Assembly: GCA_964612035.1 (NCBI GenBank)
Contig: CAZTBX010000099.1
Span: 3,194 to 67,193, forward strand
Length of the DNA stretch: 64,000 nucleotides
Direction: 5' to 3'
Source of the DNA: an uncultured Planctomycetia bacterium
GTDB taxonomy: Bacteria; Omnitrophota; Gorgyraeia; 2-02-FULL-51-18
The position numbers and the translations under genes were made by a program. Below the pieces are notes generated by a model that did no database searches, was not told the origin of the DNA, and saw only the letters and a list, made by a program, of their open reading frames with translations. Below are positions 6,400-18,128 of this stretch, one piece after another (position 1 is the stretch's first letter; the number at the start of each line of letters is the position of its first letter).

Positions 6400-7573
6400 A
6401 TGAACTTTCACTGGTTCATTGCCAAACGCTATCTCTGGTCCAAGAGGCGCCATCCGTTCGTCGGAGTGGTGAGCACGATCTCGGCGCTGGGCATTTGCGT
6501 CGGCGTCGCCGCGCTCATCGTGGTGCTCGCCGTGATGAACGGGTTTGACGAAGACCTGAAAGAAAGGGTGATCGGCCTCCGTTCGCATCTCATCGTCGAA
6601 AAGGACGGCGCCTTCACTGACTCCGAGGCCGTCATGCAGCGCGTTCGCGCCGTGAAAGGCGTGGCGGGAACTTCCCCGTACGTGGAGGGCCAGGCGTTGG
6701 TGCAGGTCGGTGAGTGGGGCAGTGGCGTTCTCGTGCGCGGCATAGACCCGCGCCGGGAAAAGAAAGTGTCCAAATTTTTCCAGTATCTGACCGAGGGCAC
6801 GCTCAGCGATTCGCCGAGCGGCGTCGTCGTCGGCTCCGAACTTGCCAAGCGCGCCCATATCAGCCGCGGCTCCAACCTTCTCATCGCCACGCAGAACACC
6901 GAGAAACCGATGCGTCTCACCGTTGAGGGGATATTTTCTTCGGGGATGTACGAATACGACGCGAACCTCGTTTTTCTGAATTTGAAGAATGCGCAGGCGC
7001 TTTTCGGCCTCGACAATGGTGTCAGCGGCGTCTCGGTGTACCTGAAAAAAGCCGAGCTTGCCGATCAGGCGAAAAGATCCATGCGAAACATGCTGCCGTC
7101 GGCGTTCTTCATCCGCACCTGGATGGACATGAACCGCACGCTTTTTTCGGCGCTGAAACTGGAGAAGATCGTGATGTTCCTGATCCTGACGCTGATCATT
7201 TTCGTGGCGTGCCTCAACATCGCGGGCAGTCTCACCATCCTCGTGATGGACAAGACCAAGGACATCGGCGTATTGAAAGCGCTGGGGGCGGCACCGTATT
7301 CGCTGGTGAAGATATTTGCGCTCGACGGCCTCATCCTCGGTCTCGTGGGCTCCGGCGCGGGTTTTCTGATCGGGACCGGGCTGTGCGCGCTGCTCAGCCA
7401 GCATTCTTTCGTCGAGCTTCCTAAAGAAATTTACTACATCGACCGTCTGCCGGTGCAGGTGAACGCCAAGGATACGGCGATAGTGCTGATCGTGGCCATT
7501 TTTCTGAGTTTTTTGTCGGCTTTATACCCGGCCACGCGCGCGGGGCGGCTGGATCCCGTAAAGGCTCTCCGCT

Positions 7574-7581
<8 letters not shown>
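6400..7581 (+). CDS. lolC: Lipoprotein-releasing system permease (LolC/LolE, FtsX-like)
   Basis: 393 aa with an N-terminal TM segment, a periplasmic MacB-like domain and a C-terminal FtsX 3-TM domain. It is followed by lolD. Confidence 0.8.
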
Positions 7582-8250
<669 letters not shown>

Positions 8251-8254
<4 letters not shown>

Positions 8255-9198
8255 GTCTCAAGATCTATCTGGACGGCAGACTGGTGGACCGCGAGCACGC
8301 GGTGATCAGCGTTTTCGATCACGGACTGCTTTACGGCGATGGTGTATTCGAAGGCATCCGTTCTTACAACGGTCTGATCTTCAAGCTGCGCGAGCATCTG
8401 AACCGCCTGTTCGAGTCGGCGCACACGCTGATGCTGGATATCCCGATGTCCAAGGAAGCGATCGAAAAAGCCATGATCGAGACGCTGAAGGCCAACGGGT
8501 TGAAGGACGCGTACATCCGGCTTGTCGTCACGCGGGGTGTCGGCGACCTGGGCCTGGACCCGCGCAAATGCAAAAAGGCGACGGTGTTCATCATCGCCGA
8601 CAAGATCGCGCTTTATCCGAAAGAATATTACGAAAAGGGCCTGGCACTCGTGACGGTGCCGACGGTGCGCAACCATCCGGAGGCACTGAACCCGCAGCTC
8701 AAGACGCTGAATTACCTGAACAACATCCTCGCGAAGATCGAGGCGACGAATGCCGGCATGGACGAGGCGATGCTCCTCAACGCGCAGGGTTACGTCACCG
8801 AATGCACCGGGGAGAACATTTTTTTCGTGACCGGCAAGAAAGTGGTGACCCCGCCCCCGTATGTCGGGATCCTGAAAGGCATCACGCGCGAAGTCGTCAT
8901 GCGCCTGGCGCGCGAGAACGGGTTCGAGGCGCGCGAAGACGTGTTCACGCGCCACGATCTGTACATGGCGGACGAAGTTTTTTTGACGGGCACGGCTGCG
9001 GAGATAGTCCCGGTGGTGCGCATCGATAACCGCGGCATCGGCGACGGCCGGCCCGGCAAGACCACGCTGTTTTTGATGAAGGAGTTTCAGAAGCTGACGC
9101 CGAAGGAAGGTGTCCGTTACAATCTCGGGTCTTTTTCGGTCAACGGCCGCGTGCAGGCGACGAGAACGGCGAAGGCGCCAAAGAAGGCCGCGCGCTGA
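8251..9198 (+). CDS. ilvE: Branched-chain amino acid aminotransferase (class IV PLP fold)
   Basis: Class IV aminotransferase motifs (VFDHGLLYGDGVFEGIRSY, LNPQLKTLNYLNNILAKIEA). The likely ATG at 8251 overlaps the lolD stop (ATGA). Confidence 0.75.
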
Positions 9199-9752
9199 TG
9201 TTGTGTGACGAGTGCGGCAAGAACAAGGCCACGGTGCATCTGACGGAGATCATCAACGAACAGATCTCAAAGCTGAACCTCTGTGAGGGCTGCGCCAAGC
9301 AAAAAGGCGCGGATGCCGAGCAGAATTTCGGCATCACCGACCTTTTGATGGCCCTGTCGGACGTAGAGGCGCAACCGCAGGCGGCGGGCGGCGCGCCGGG
9401 CACGGCGGTCCCGACCAAGAACAAGTGTGCGCATTGTGGTCTCACTTACGAGGATTTCAAAAAGGTAGGACGGCTCGGATGCAGCGATTGCTACACGACT
9501 TTCAAGGCCAACCTGGCGCCGCTTTTGAAGCGCATTCACGGGTCGAACCTGCACATGGGGAAATCCCCAAACCCGACGGCCGTGAAAGAGCAGAAAATAT
9601 CCAACAAACTGCACGACGAGCTGGAGACGGCCAAGCACGAACTGTTGAAAGCGGTGAAGAGCGAGGAGTTCGAGGAAGCGGCGGCGCTGAGGGACAAAAT
9701 AAAATTCTTGGAGAAAAAACTGAAAGAACAGCCGAAAGAGCACAAGGCATGA
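9198..9752 (+). CDS. mcsA: McsA-like protein arginine kinase activator (zinc-finger pairs plus UVR motif)
   Basis: CDECGKNKA...CEGCAK and CAHCG...CSDCY cysteine pairs. The C-terminal UVR-like EEFEEAAALRDKIKFLE precedes mcsB. Confidence 0.75.
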   Translation: MLCDECGKNKATVHLTEIINEQISKLNLCEGCAKQKGADAEQNFGITDLLMALSDVEAQPQAAGGAPGTAVPTKNKCAHCGLTYEDFKKVGRLGCSDCYTTFKANLAPLLKRIHGSNLHMGKSPNPTAVKEQKISNKLHDELETAKHELLKAVKSEEFEEAAALRDKIKFLEKKLKEQPKEHKA

Positions 9753-10807
9753 CCTCCAGGATCGATCATCTGCTCAAGCAGACCTGCGAGTGGCTGTCGG
9801 GCGCGGGGCCCAACTCCGACATCGTGATGAGCTCGCGCGTGCGTATCGCACGCAACCTGGAAAAGATCCCTTTTTCACACTGGGCCAACAAGAAGCAGGA
9901 AAAAGAATCGCTCGAATCGCTGGAGCAGGCCGTCGGCGGCACCGAAATGATGAAAAATGGTCTCCTCGTGCGCATGGCCGAGGTGGACGACATCGACAAG
10001 CAGTTCCTCCTGGAAAGGCATCTGATCAGCCGCGAGCACATCATGCATCCGGAATACAAGGCCGTAGTGATCGGCGACAAAGAAGCCATCAGCATCATGA
10101 TCAACGAAGAGGATCATCTACGCATCCAGGTGATGCAGTCGGGATTCAACCTGCAGGAATGCTGGCGCATCGCCAACCGGCTGGATGATTCACTGCACAA
10201 GCGCGTGAAGTTCGCTTTCAGCACGGACTGGGGGTATCTCACGGCCTGTCCGACGAACACCGGCACCGGCCTGAGGGCCTCGGTGATGCTGCATCTGCCG
10301 TCGCTGGTGATGACCAAGCAGATCAGCCGTGTCTTGCAGGCGATCAGCAAGCTCGGCATGACGGCGCGTGGACTGTACGGCGAGGGCACCGACGCCGAGG
10401 GCAATTTTTTCCAGATCTCGAACCAGGTGACGCTCGGTGCGGCCGAAGAGGACATCATCGACAACCTCGAGCGCATCATCCGCCAGGTGGTCGGCCACGA
10501 GGAAAATTCGAGAAAGACCCTGATGAAGCAGAACCGTGAAATGCTGCAGGACAAGATCTGGCGTTCGAACGGGACGCTCCGCAGCGCGCACATCATCAAC
10601 ACGCGGGAGACCATGACGCTGCTTTCCATGGTGCGCCTCGGCGTGGACATGGGGCTGATCAGCGACATCGACCGCCGCGCGGTGAACGAGCTTTTCATTC
10701 TCACGCAGCCGGCGCATCTTCAAAAGATCGAAGGCCGCGTGCTGAGTTCGGCCCAGCGCGACGTGAAGCGGGCCAATTTGATCCGGCGGAGACTTGAAGG
10801 AAAATAA
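9749..10807 (+). CDS. mcsB: Protein arginine kinase McsB (ATP:guanido phosphotransferase family)
   Basis: 353 aa from the ATG at 9749, which overlaps the mcsA stop (ATGA). Phosphagen-kinase motifs FSTDWGYLTACPTNTGTGLRASVMLHLP are present. The ORF track shows a longer in-frame ORF from 9425. Confidence 0.8.
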   Translation: MTSRIDHLLKQTCEWLSGAGPNSDIVMSSRVRIARNLEKIPFSHWANKKQEKESLESLEQAVGGTEMMKNGLLVRMAEVDDIDKQFLLERHLISREHIMHPEYKAVVIGDKEAISIMINEEDHLRIQVMQSGFNLQECWRIANRLDDSLHKRVKFAFSTDWGYLTACPTNTGTGLRASVMLHLPSLVMTKQISRVLQAISKLGMTARGLYGEGTDAEGNFFQISNQVTLGAAEEDIIDNLERIIRQVVGHEENSRKTLMKQNREMLQDKIWRSNGTLRSAHIINTRETMTLLSMVRLGVDMGLISDIDRRAVNELFILTQPAHLQKIEGRVLSSAQRDVKRANLIRRRLEGK

Positions 10808-10827
10808 ATTTACAGGGGAGAAAGACC

Positions 10828-13305
10828 ATGTTCAATAAATTCACCGAACGCGCAAGAAAAGTCATTCTACTTGCCAAGCAGGAAGCCAAACGCTTCAACC
10901 ACGACTACATCGGCACCGAACACATCCTGCTCGGGCTTTTGAGGGAGGGGGAGGGCGTGGCCGCCGCCGTGCTTCAAAGCCTCGGCATGAACCTGAACAA
11001 CATTCGTTTGGAAGTCGAAAAGCTCGTGCAAGTCGGGCCGACCACGGTGGTATCGGGGGATCTCCCGTTCACGCCGAAGGCGAAAAAGGTAATGGAGCTC
11101 GCCATGGAAGAAGCGCGCACGCTGGGCCACAACTACATCGGCACCGAGCATTTGCTTCTGGGCCTCATCCGCGAAGGAGAGGGCGTGGCGAGTCAGGTGT
11201 TCATGAACATGGGTCTGGATCTCGAAAAAGTGCGTGAAGAGGTGATCAAGCTGCTCGGCTCGACGACGCCGGGCGCGCAGTTCGACCCATCGGGACAAAG
11301 CGCCGCACCGACGGGGGGCGGACCGTCTTCCAAGACAAAAACGCCGGCTCTCGACGCTTTCGGCCGCGATCTCACAAAACTCGCCAAAGAAGGAAAGCTG
11401 GATCCGGTCATCGGACGCGACGATGAGATCGACCGTGTCATGCAGACGCTGTCGCGTCGGCGCAAGAACAACCCCGTGCTTCTCGGAGAAGCCGGTGTCG
11501 GCAAGTCCGCCATCGTGGAAGGGCTGGCGCAGAAAGTGTTCAGTGGGGATGTCCCCGAGATCCTGCGCAACAAGCGCATCATCACGCTAGACCTAGCACT
11601 CATGGTGGCCGGGACCAAATACCGCGGCCAGTTCGAAGAACGCATCAAGGCCGTCATGGATGAGATCAGGCGTTCGGAGAACGTGATCATGTTCGTCGAC
11701 GAGCTGCACACGCTCGTGGGCGCCGGAGGCGCCGAAGGGGCCATCGATGCCTCCAACATTCTGAAGCCAGCCCTTGCTCGCGGCGAGATCCAGTGCATCG
11801 GCGCGACGACGCTGGACGAATACCGCAAATACATCGAAAAAGATTCGGCCTTGGAACGGCGCTTTCAGGTCATCATCGTGGACCCGCCGTCCGTGGAGGA
11901 GACCATTCAGATCCTGCGTGGCCTGCGGGACAAATACGAGGCCCATCACAAGGTCAAGTTCCTCGACTCGGCGCTCGAGGCCGCGGCGAAACTTTCCGAC
12001 CGCTACATCGCCGGACGCTTTCTGCCGGACAAGGCCATCGACGTCATCGACGAGGCCGGCGCGCATGCCCGGCTCAACACCTACACGACACCGCCCGAGG
12101 TCAAAGAGCTGGAGAAAAGGCTCGAAGTGATCAAGCACGAGAAAGAGGACACGATCAAGGAGCAGGATTTCGAAAAGGCGGCGGCCCTGAGAGACCAGGA
12201 GAGGGAAACGCGCCGTTTGATGGACAAGACGAAAAAAGAGTGGATGGAGACGCGCTCGAAGATCGAGCTCGAGATCGGCGAAGACGACATCGCGAAGATC
12301 ATCTCCAAGTCCACGGGCATCCCTATTTCGCGTCTCGAGGAAAAAGAGACGGCGCGGCTTATGCGCATCGAGGACGAGCTTAGGAAGCGCGTCGTCGGCC
12401 AGGAAGAGGCGATCTCGACGATCTCGCATGCGGTGCGCCGCTCGCGCGCAGGCCTGAAAGACCCGCGCCGGCCCATCGGTTCTTTCATTTTCCTCGGGCC
12501 CACCGGTGTCGGCAAAACGCTTCTGGCCCGCGCGCTCGCGGAATTCCTTTTCAACGACGAGAACGCGTTGATCAGCTTTGACATGTCGGAGTACATGGAA
12601 AAATTCAACGTGTCGCGGCTGGTCGGCGCCCCGCCGGGTTATGTCGGATATGAAGAAGGTGGACAGCTCACCGAGCGCGTGCGCCGCCGGCCGTATTGCA
12701 TCGTGCTTTTCGACGAGATCGAGAAGGCGCATCCGGACGTGTTCAACCTTCTGTTGCAGGTGCTGGAGGAAGGCCGTCTCACCGATTCACTCGGCCGCAA
12801 GGTGGATTTCCGCAACGTGCTGCTCATCATGACGTCGAACCTCGGCGCCGAGTACCTGCGCAAGCAGGGCAGCATCGGCTTCAAGGCTCAGGCGGACAGC
12901 ACGGATTACAAGGACATGAAATTGCGTCTGATGGAAGAGGTGAAAAAGACTTTCAAGCCCGAGTTCATCAACCGCGTGGATGACATCGTCGTGTTCAAGA
13001 AGCTCTCGAGGGAGCAGCTCGAGCTGATCATCGAGATCGAAGTGGCGGGCCTGAAAAAGCGCCTCACCGAGAAGGGTATCGAGATCGTGCTCGACCAGAA
13101 GGCGAAAGATTTCCTCATCGATAAAGGGTTCGATCAGGCCTTCGGCGCGCGGCCCCTGAAGCGCACGCTGCAGAAGTATCTCGAGGATCCGATCGCCGAA
13201 GAGCTGATCTCGCGCAAGATACGGCCCAATGACGTCATACACGTTTCCGTGAAAGAGGGTGAGGACGGCCTCGCCTTTCATCAAGGGGCTGGCGTCACCC
13301 GCTGA
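10828..13305 (+). CDS. clpC: ATP-dependent Clp protease ATP-binding subunit ClpC
   Basis: 825 aa with a duplicated Clp N-domain, two AAA+ modules ([30 protein letters not shown]) and a UVR-like linker (FEKAAALRD). Confidence 0.95.
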   Translation: MFNKFTERARKVILLAKQEAKRFNHDYIGTEHILLGLLREGEGVAAAVLQSLGMNLNNIRLEVEKLVQVGPTTVVSGDLPFTPKAKKVMELAMEEARTLGHNYIGTEHLLLGLIREGEGVASQVFMNMGLDLEKVREEVIKLLGSTTPGAQFDPSGQSAAPTGGGPSSKTKTPALDAFGRDLTKLAKEGKLDPVIGRDDEIDRVMQTLSRRRKNNPVLLGEAGVGKSAIVEGLAQKVFSGDVPEILRNKRIITLDLALMVAGTKYRGQFEERIKAVMDEIRRSENVIMFVDELHTLVGAGGAEGAIDASNILKPALARGEIQCIGATTLDEYRKYIEKDSALERRFQVIIVDPPSVEETIQILRGLRDKYEAHHKVKFLDSALEAAAKLSDRYIAGRFLPDKAIDVIDEAGAHARLNTYTTPPEVKELEKRLEVIKHEKEDTIKEQDFEKAAALRDQERETRRLMDKTKKEWMETRSKIELEIGEDDIAKIISKSTGIPISRLEEKETARLMRIEDELRKRVVGQEEAISTISHAVRRSRAGLKDPRRPIGSFIFLGPTGVGKTLLARALAEFLFNDENALISFDMSEYMEKFNVSRLVGAPPGYVGYEEGGQLTERVRRRPYCIVLFDEIEKAHPDVFNLLLQVLEEGRLTDSLGRKVDFRNVLLIMTSNLGAEYLRKQGSIGFKAQADSTDYKDMKLRLMEEVKKTFKPEFINRVDDIVVFKKLSREQLELIIEIEVAGLKKRLTEKGIEIVLDQKAKDFLIDKGFDQAFGARPLKRTLQKYLEDPIAEELISRKIRPNDVIHVSVKEGEDGLAFHQGAGVTR

Positions 13306-13307
13306 AG

Positions 13308-14744
13308 TTGCGCCGTCCAGAGTTTAAAGGAAACAAGCGCCTTGCGTGGTGCCTTCTTTTTGTCGCCATCGGAGCGGCCGGCGTTTACCTCGCGCAGCTG
13401 AAAAAAGACGCGTTGGTACGCGAGGCGGCCGCTTTTTTACAAAAGATGCTGCTGCGGGAAACGGAGCTTGATTTTCGCATCGGCCGCATGAGGGGCAAAC
13501 TTTCGGGCGGCATTCGTTTCGAGGACGTGCGCATCGAGGATCCCGCGCTCCCCGAGGGGGACCGAATGCTTTTCAGCGCCAAAGAGATCCGTTTTCGTTA
13601 CAATTTTCTCGATTTTATCTCGAAGCAGTTCGGTTCCAAGTTGGAGGTGACGGTCGTAGAGCCCGTGATCGTGTGGCGGCCGTCGGCGAGGCTAAGCCGC
13701 GAACCGCTGCCGATACTCTCGTGGATGAAGCAGTGGGCGCTGTCGTCGAAAGGGCGTTTTTCGATACGGCTCCTGAAGACCAAGTTTTATATGGGCAGCG
13801 TGCCGTTGAAGATCGAGGAATTTTTTCTCGACGCCGGACCCGACAGTTTTCGCGCCGAGATACCGATACGGCACCTGGAGATCGCCGGGTCCGATATTTC
13901 GTCGGTGATCAAGGTGAGTGGGCGTATCGAGCCGGGGCTCATCCATGAGGATGACGCACTCGTCGGCGAGATCCGTACCGAGGGGAGCGTGGTCAACTGG
14001 AACCCGCTGCCGGCGGAGTCGGCGTTTGATTTCCGATGCTCGCGTCGTGGGCTGCACATATCGGCGTCGGATTTTCTAGGAGGCATCGAAGTGACGGGTG
14101 CCGTGGATTTTCAGAACGGCGGCGAGGCCGAGTGGACGCTACACGCCGAAGATTACGCGCTGTCGAACCTGGACGCGTTCCTCCAGTCGGCGCAAAAGAT
14201 ATCGATCTCCGGGCGCATGAGTTTGGACCTCGGTTTCAGCGGCGACCTGTTCGCGCCGCAGGTGAATGGCGACGTGCGCGTGGAATCGCCGTGGCTCGGC
14301 AAGGAACTGAAGGCCATGGACATTCACGTGGATGGCGTGTATCCGACGGTGCGCCTCACGGGGTCGAGAGTACTTCTGCAGGACGGCTCGTCGATGCGCC
14401 TGGCCGACGAGACGCTGGAGGCGCAGGATCTTTTCAATGAAAAGACTTATCAGGCGCTGGTCTCCGGGGCCCAACAGGACAACGTGGTGTGGGGAGACTG
14501 GGAGTTCAGGCATCCGCGGGACGAGAACGACAAGCCGGAATTTCTCATACAACGGTCGTTCGGTGACCGCGCGAGGCTGCATTTCAGGAAATTCAACGTT
14601 GAGGACGAGGACCTGATCGAGTCGCGCCAGACGCAGCCCATGGAACTCGGGCTTGAGCTGAAGCTCAGACCCAAAGATTCGGTGAAGCTCGAGTGGCGCG
14701 AAGAAGAGGGGTTCGTGGGGGTCGAGCGAAAGATGAAATTTTGA
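13308..14744 (+). CDS. Hypothetical membrane-anchored protein, possibly an AsmA/TamB-like envelope protein
   Basis: 478 aa with an N-terminal TM helix followed by a long beta-rich region. It lies immediately upstream of mlaEFD. Its function is inferred from context only. Confidence 0.35.
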   Translation: MRRPEFKGNKRLAWCLLFVAIGAAGVYLAQLKKDALVREAAAFLQKMLLRETELDFRIGRMRGKLSGGIRFEDVRIEDPALPEGDRMLFSAKEIRFRYNFLDFISKQFGSKLEVTVVEPVIVWRPSARLSREPLPILSWMKQWALSSKGRFSIRLLKTKFYMGSVPLKIEEFFLDAGPDSFRAEIPIRHLEIAGSDISSVIKVSGRIEPGLIHEDDALVGEIRTEGSVVNWNPLPAESAFDFRCSRRGLHISASDFLGGIEVTGAVDFQNGGEAEWTLHAEDYALSNLDAFLQSAQKISISGRMSLDLGFSGDLFAPQVNGDVRVESPWLGKELKAMDIHVDGVYPTVRLTGSRVLLQDGSSMRLADETLEAQDLFNEKTYQALVSGAQQDNVVWGDWEFRHPRDENDKPEFLIQRSFGDRARLHFRKFNVEDEDLIESRQTQPMELGLELKLRPKDSVKLEWREEEGFVGVERKMKF

Positions 14745-14754
14745 GGAGAGGCCA

Positions 14755-15534
14755 TTGAAGGCGATCATCGACCAGGTCGGCAACCGCGTGGTGGAGCTGA
14801 TCCGTTTCATGGGGGGCACTTTCACGCTGTTCATCCAGACGCTGTTCTGGATCGCGATGCCGCCTTTCCGCGTGCGCCAGGTTTACGAGCAGATGGTGAG
14901 GATCGGAGTTGATTCGCTGCCGATCGCGTCCCTGACAAGTTTTTTCATCGGCGTGGTCATCGCGTTCCAGAGCGCGTATCAGATGCAGCGCGTGAACGCG
15001 GAGATGTACATCCCGAGCCTCGTGGCGATCTCGATCACGCGTGAGATCGGTCCCGTGCTGACCGCGCTCGTGGTCGCCGGCCGTATCGGGGCCTCGATCG
15101 CGGCCGAGCTCGGCAGCATGAAGGTCACCGAGCAGATCGATGCGCTTGAGACGCTCGCAACGCAGCCGATCAAGTACCTTGTCGCGCCACGCTTCATCGC
15201 GCTTTTCACGATGCTGCCGCTTTTGACGGTGTACGCGGACTTCATCGGTATTTTGGGCGGCTACATGGTGTCCGTGCACAAACTCGGCCTGTCCCACAAC
15301 CTTTATATCAAGATGACGTTCCTGCCGCTGGAGCTGAAAGACATTTTTACGGGGCTTTTCAAGACACTGGTGTTCGCCTCCATCATCTGCATTGTTTCAT
15401 GTTACGAGGGGATGCGCGTGGAAGGCGGCGCCGAAGGCGTAGGCGCGGCGACGACGCGCGCGGTGGTGCAGTCATTCATTCTCATCATCATGGCGGACGC
15501 GCTTTTCACGATCATTTTCTATTTTGGTACGTGA
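14755..15534 (+). CDS. mlaE: Phospholipid ABC transporter permease MlaE
   Basis: 259 aa multi-TM permease of the MlaE/YrbE family, followed by an ATPase gene and an MCE-domain gene. Confidence 0.85.
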   Translation: MKAIIDQVGNRVVELIRFMGGTFTLFIQTLFWIAMPPFRVRQVYEQMVRIGVDSLPIASLTSFFIGVVIAFQSAYQMQRVNAEMYIPSLVAISITREIGPVLTALVVAGRIGASIAAELGSMKVTEQIDALETLATQPIKYLVAPRFIALFTMLPLLTVYADFIGILGGYMVSVHKLGLSHNLYIKMTFLPLELKDIFTGLFKTLVFASIICIVSCYEGMRVEGGAEGVGAATTRAVVQSFILIIMADALFTIIFYFGT

Positions 15535-15538
15535 TACG

Positions 15539-16339
15539 ATGACCGACACGATGATCGAGGCAAAAAAAGTTTCAAAGGCCTTCAACGGGCGCATGGTGCT
15601 GAACCAGCTCGATTTGAAGGTCATGCGCGGCGAGACGCTGGTCATCATGGGCCGCTCCGGATGTGGAAAAAGTGTTTTCTTGAAGAATGTTATCGGGATA
15701 CTCCGACCCGACGCCGGCGAGATGCTCGTGGACGGCGTGAACCTCGTCGGGCTTTCGACGAAGCAGATGCACCAGCTTCGCATGCGCTTCGGTATGCTGT
15801 TCCAGGCCGCGGCCCTTTTTGATTCGATGACCGTCGGTGAGAACGTGGGATTCGCGCTCATCGAGCACACGGAACTCAGTGAAAAGGCGATACGCGAGCG
15901 CGTGGAGGAATCGCTGGAGCTTGTGGGCCTGAGGGGCATTCAGGACCTGAAGCCGTCGGAGCTGTCTGGCGGCATGAAAAAAAGGGTGGCACTCGCGCGG
16001 GCGATCTGCATGCGGCCCGAGATCCTGTTGTACGACGAACCGACCACGGGCCTGGACCCGATCATGGCCGATGCGATCAATGATCTCATCGTGGAGTTGC
16101 ACGACAAACTGCAGGTGACCGGCGTCGCTGTGACACATGACATCGTGAGCGCGTACAAGATCGCCACGCGTATCGCTATGATGTACCAGGGCAGGATCAT
16201 TCAGATCGGGACGCCCGACGAGATCAAGAACACGACGAACCCGGTGGTTCGCCAGTTCATCAGCGGGTCCGCGACGGGCCCGATCACGGATATCAGTTTC
16301 AAGAGTTTGGAAGAAGTCAAAGAAGGAGAGCGTGGATGA
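15539..16339 (+). CDS. mlaF: Phospholipid ABC transporter ATP-binding protein MlaF
   Basis: Walker A GRSGCGKS, signature LSGGMKKRVALARA, Walker B LLYDEPTTGLD. Confidence 0.85.
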   Translation: MTDTMIEAKKVSKAFNGRMVLNQLDLKVMRGETLVIMGRSGCGKSVFLKNVIGILRPDAGEMLVDGVNLVGLSTKQMHQLRMRFGMLFQAAALFDSMTVGENVGFALIEHTELSEKAIRERVEESLELVGLRGIQDLKPSELSGGMKKRVALARAICMRPEILLYDEPTTGLDPIMADAINDLIVELHDKLQVTGVAVTHDIVSAYKIATRIAMMYQGRIIQIGTPDEIKNTTNPVVRQFISGSATGPITDISFKSLEEVKEGERG

Positions 16340-17070
16340 AAAAAGTGGGTCTGGAGTTCAAAGTCGGCTTGTTCGTTCTCGCGGCTATCGCCATTCTGGT
16401 GGGCCTCGTGCTGAAAGCCGGTGATTTTTATCTGAAGCCGGGTTATCAAGTCCGCTTTTTCTTTGATTCCGTGAGCGGAGTGGATGTCGGCTCGCCGGTG
16501 CGCCTGGCGGGTGTCAACGTCGGCGAGACGAAGAGCATTCGCGTCGTACGGGATGAACAGGGAGAGACGCAGGTGGAGGTCTCCGCGTGGATCTCCCAGG
16601 GCGTATTCATCGAAGATGACGCCAAGGTCGCCGTCAACTCTTTGGGGCTGCTCGGCGAAAAATACATCGAGATCCTGCCGGGGACCGGCGGGCATCCGAC
16701 GCTTTCGGATGGCGGCACGCTGATAGGCAGTCCTCCAGTGGGGTTTGAGGACCTCATCGGGAACTCGAACCGGCTCATCCACAAGATCGAATTCACCATG
16801 GACAATCTGAACCAGGTCGCCGGTGACCCGGAATTCAAGGCTGGCCTGAAAGGCACTTTCGTGAACGCCGATGTTCTCACGCGCGATCTGCGTGAGACCA
16901 CCGACGATCTGAAAGACGCGGCGAAATCCGCGCGCATCGTGCTGGCGAGACTGCGCGACGGCGAGGGCAGCGTCGGGCGCCTCTTGAAAAACGACAAGAT
17001 CGCCCGTGATCTCGAGGATTTTGTGGCCGACATCAAGGCGCATCCCTGGAAACTATTGAAGAAGAATTGA
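16336..17070 (+). CDS. mlaD: MCE-domain periplasmic substrate-binding protein MlaD
   Basis: An N-terminal TM helix followed by an MCE domain (VGSPVRLAGVNVGE). Confidence 0.8.
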   Translation: MKKVGLEFKVGLFVLAAIAILVGLVLKAGDFYLKPGYQVRFFFDSVSGVDVGSPVRLAGVNVGETKSIRVVRDEQGETQVEVSAWISQGVFIEDDAKVAVNSLGLLGEKYIEILPGTGGHPTLSDGGTLIGSPPVGFEDLIGNSNRLIHKIEFTMDNLNQVAGDPEFKAGLKGTFVNADVLTRDLRETTDDLKDAAKSARIVLARLRDGEGSVGRLLKNDKIARDLEDFVADIKAHPWKLLKKN

Positions 17071-17099
17071 CGGCTTAAGCATCCAATAAGAGGAATCAC

Positions 17100-18128
17100 A
17101 TGACGTTCGGGTTCATTCGTGCACTGTTCGTCCTCGTCAGCATGATCCTTGGTTTTCAGCTGGCGAGCAGCTATGACGGTTTCGGCGGAGCCGCGGGTCT
17201 CGTGGGTGCCGGTATCGGTGTCGGTCTAGCTTTCATCGTCATTCTCATCGAAAAGGGCCTGGGCAAGCTGTCCCTGCGCGGCATGTCCGCGGCGGTGTTC
17301 GGCCTTATCCTCGCACTCATCGTCTCCCGTTTCATCACGGGCGCAGTGGATCAGATCCCGGACATCAACCCCGAGATCGCCGCACCACTCAAACTGGTCC
17401 TGGTGCTCATTCTCTGTTATTTTGGGATGATATTTTCCATGCGCGGCCGCGACGAGTTCAACCTCATCATTCCTTACGTGAAGTTCGACCGGCAGGACCA
17501 GAAAGACGCGCTGCTCATCCTGGACACCAGCGTCATCATCGACGGGCGTATTCTCGATATTTTTCACACCCGCTTCATCGAGGGGAGATTCGTGATCCCT
17601 CGCTTTGTGTTGAAAGAGCTGCAGGCGATCGCCGATTCACAGGATCCTCTGAAACGCAATCGCGGTCGCCGCGGTCTCGACGTACTGAATAAGCTGAAGG
17701 CGACGCAGTTCAACACCGTGAAGATCCACGAAGAGGACTTTCCGGAGGTCAGCTCCGTGGACGAAAAGCTCGTGAAGCTCGCGAAGCTCTTGGACGGAAG
17801 GGTCTTGACGAACGATTACAACCTGAACAAGCTCGCGGAATTTCAGGGTGTGACCATTCTCAACATCAACGAGCTTGCCAACGCCTTGCGTCCCGTGCTC
17901 TTGCCGGGGGAGGTGCTGGAAGTGCGTCTCATGCGTGAAGGCAAAGAGCACAACCAGGCCATCGGTTATCTCGACGACGGCACCATGGTCGTCGTCGACA
18001 ATGCACGAAAGCTCATGGGAAACGTGGCCCGAGCGTCCGTCACTTCGGTGCTGCAGACGGCCGCCGGTAGGATGATATTCGCGAAACTGGATTCGGATAA
18101 GGCGGTGGCACCGATCCCGGCGCCGTGA
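17100..18128 (+). CDS. PIN/TRAM domain membrane protein (YacL-like)
   Basis: 342 aa with N-terminal TM helices, a PIN domain (ILDTSVIIDGRI) and a C-terminal TRAM-like domain. It sits upstream of ispDF, as yacL does in Firmicutes. Confidence 0.7.
   Translation: MTFGFIRALFVLVSMILGFQLASSYDGFGGAAGLVGAGIGVGLAFIVILIEKGLGKLSLRGMSAAVFGLILALIVSRFITGAVDQIPDINPEIAAPLKLVLVLILCYFGMIFSMRGRDEFNLIIPYVKFDRQDQKDALLILDTSVIIDGRILDIFHTRFIEGRFVIPRFVLKELQAIADSQDPLKRNRGRRGLDVLNKLKATQFNTVKIHEEDFPEVSSVDEKLVKLAKLLDGRVLTNDYNLNKLAEFQGVTILNINELANALRPVLLPGEVLEVRLMREGKEHNQAIGYLDDGTMVVVDNARKLMGNVARASVTSVLQTAAGRMIFAKLDSDKAVAPIPAP

Noticed and set aside
6301-7404. 367 aa minus-strand ORF antisense to lolC. Similar long antisense ORFs occur at 11593-12732, 19787-20713, 35563-36204, 39808-40509, 54030-54974 and 56622-57383.
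   Set aside because: Each lies fully inside a well-supported + strand gene. Their translations are low-complexity and Arg/His/Asp-rich, typical of stop-poor antisense frames in high-GC DNA, and none has a recognisable domain.
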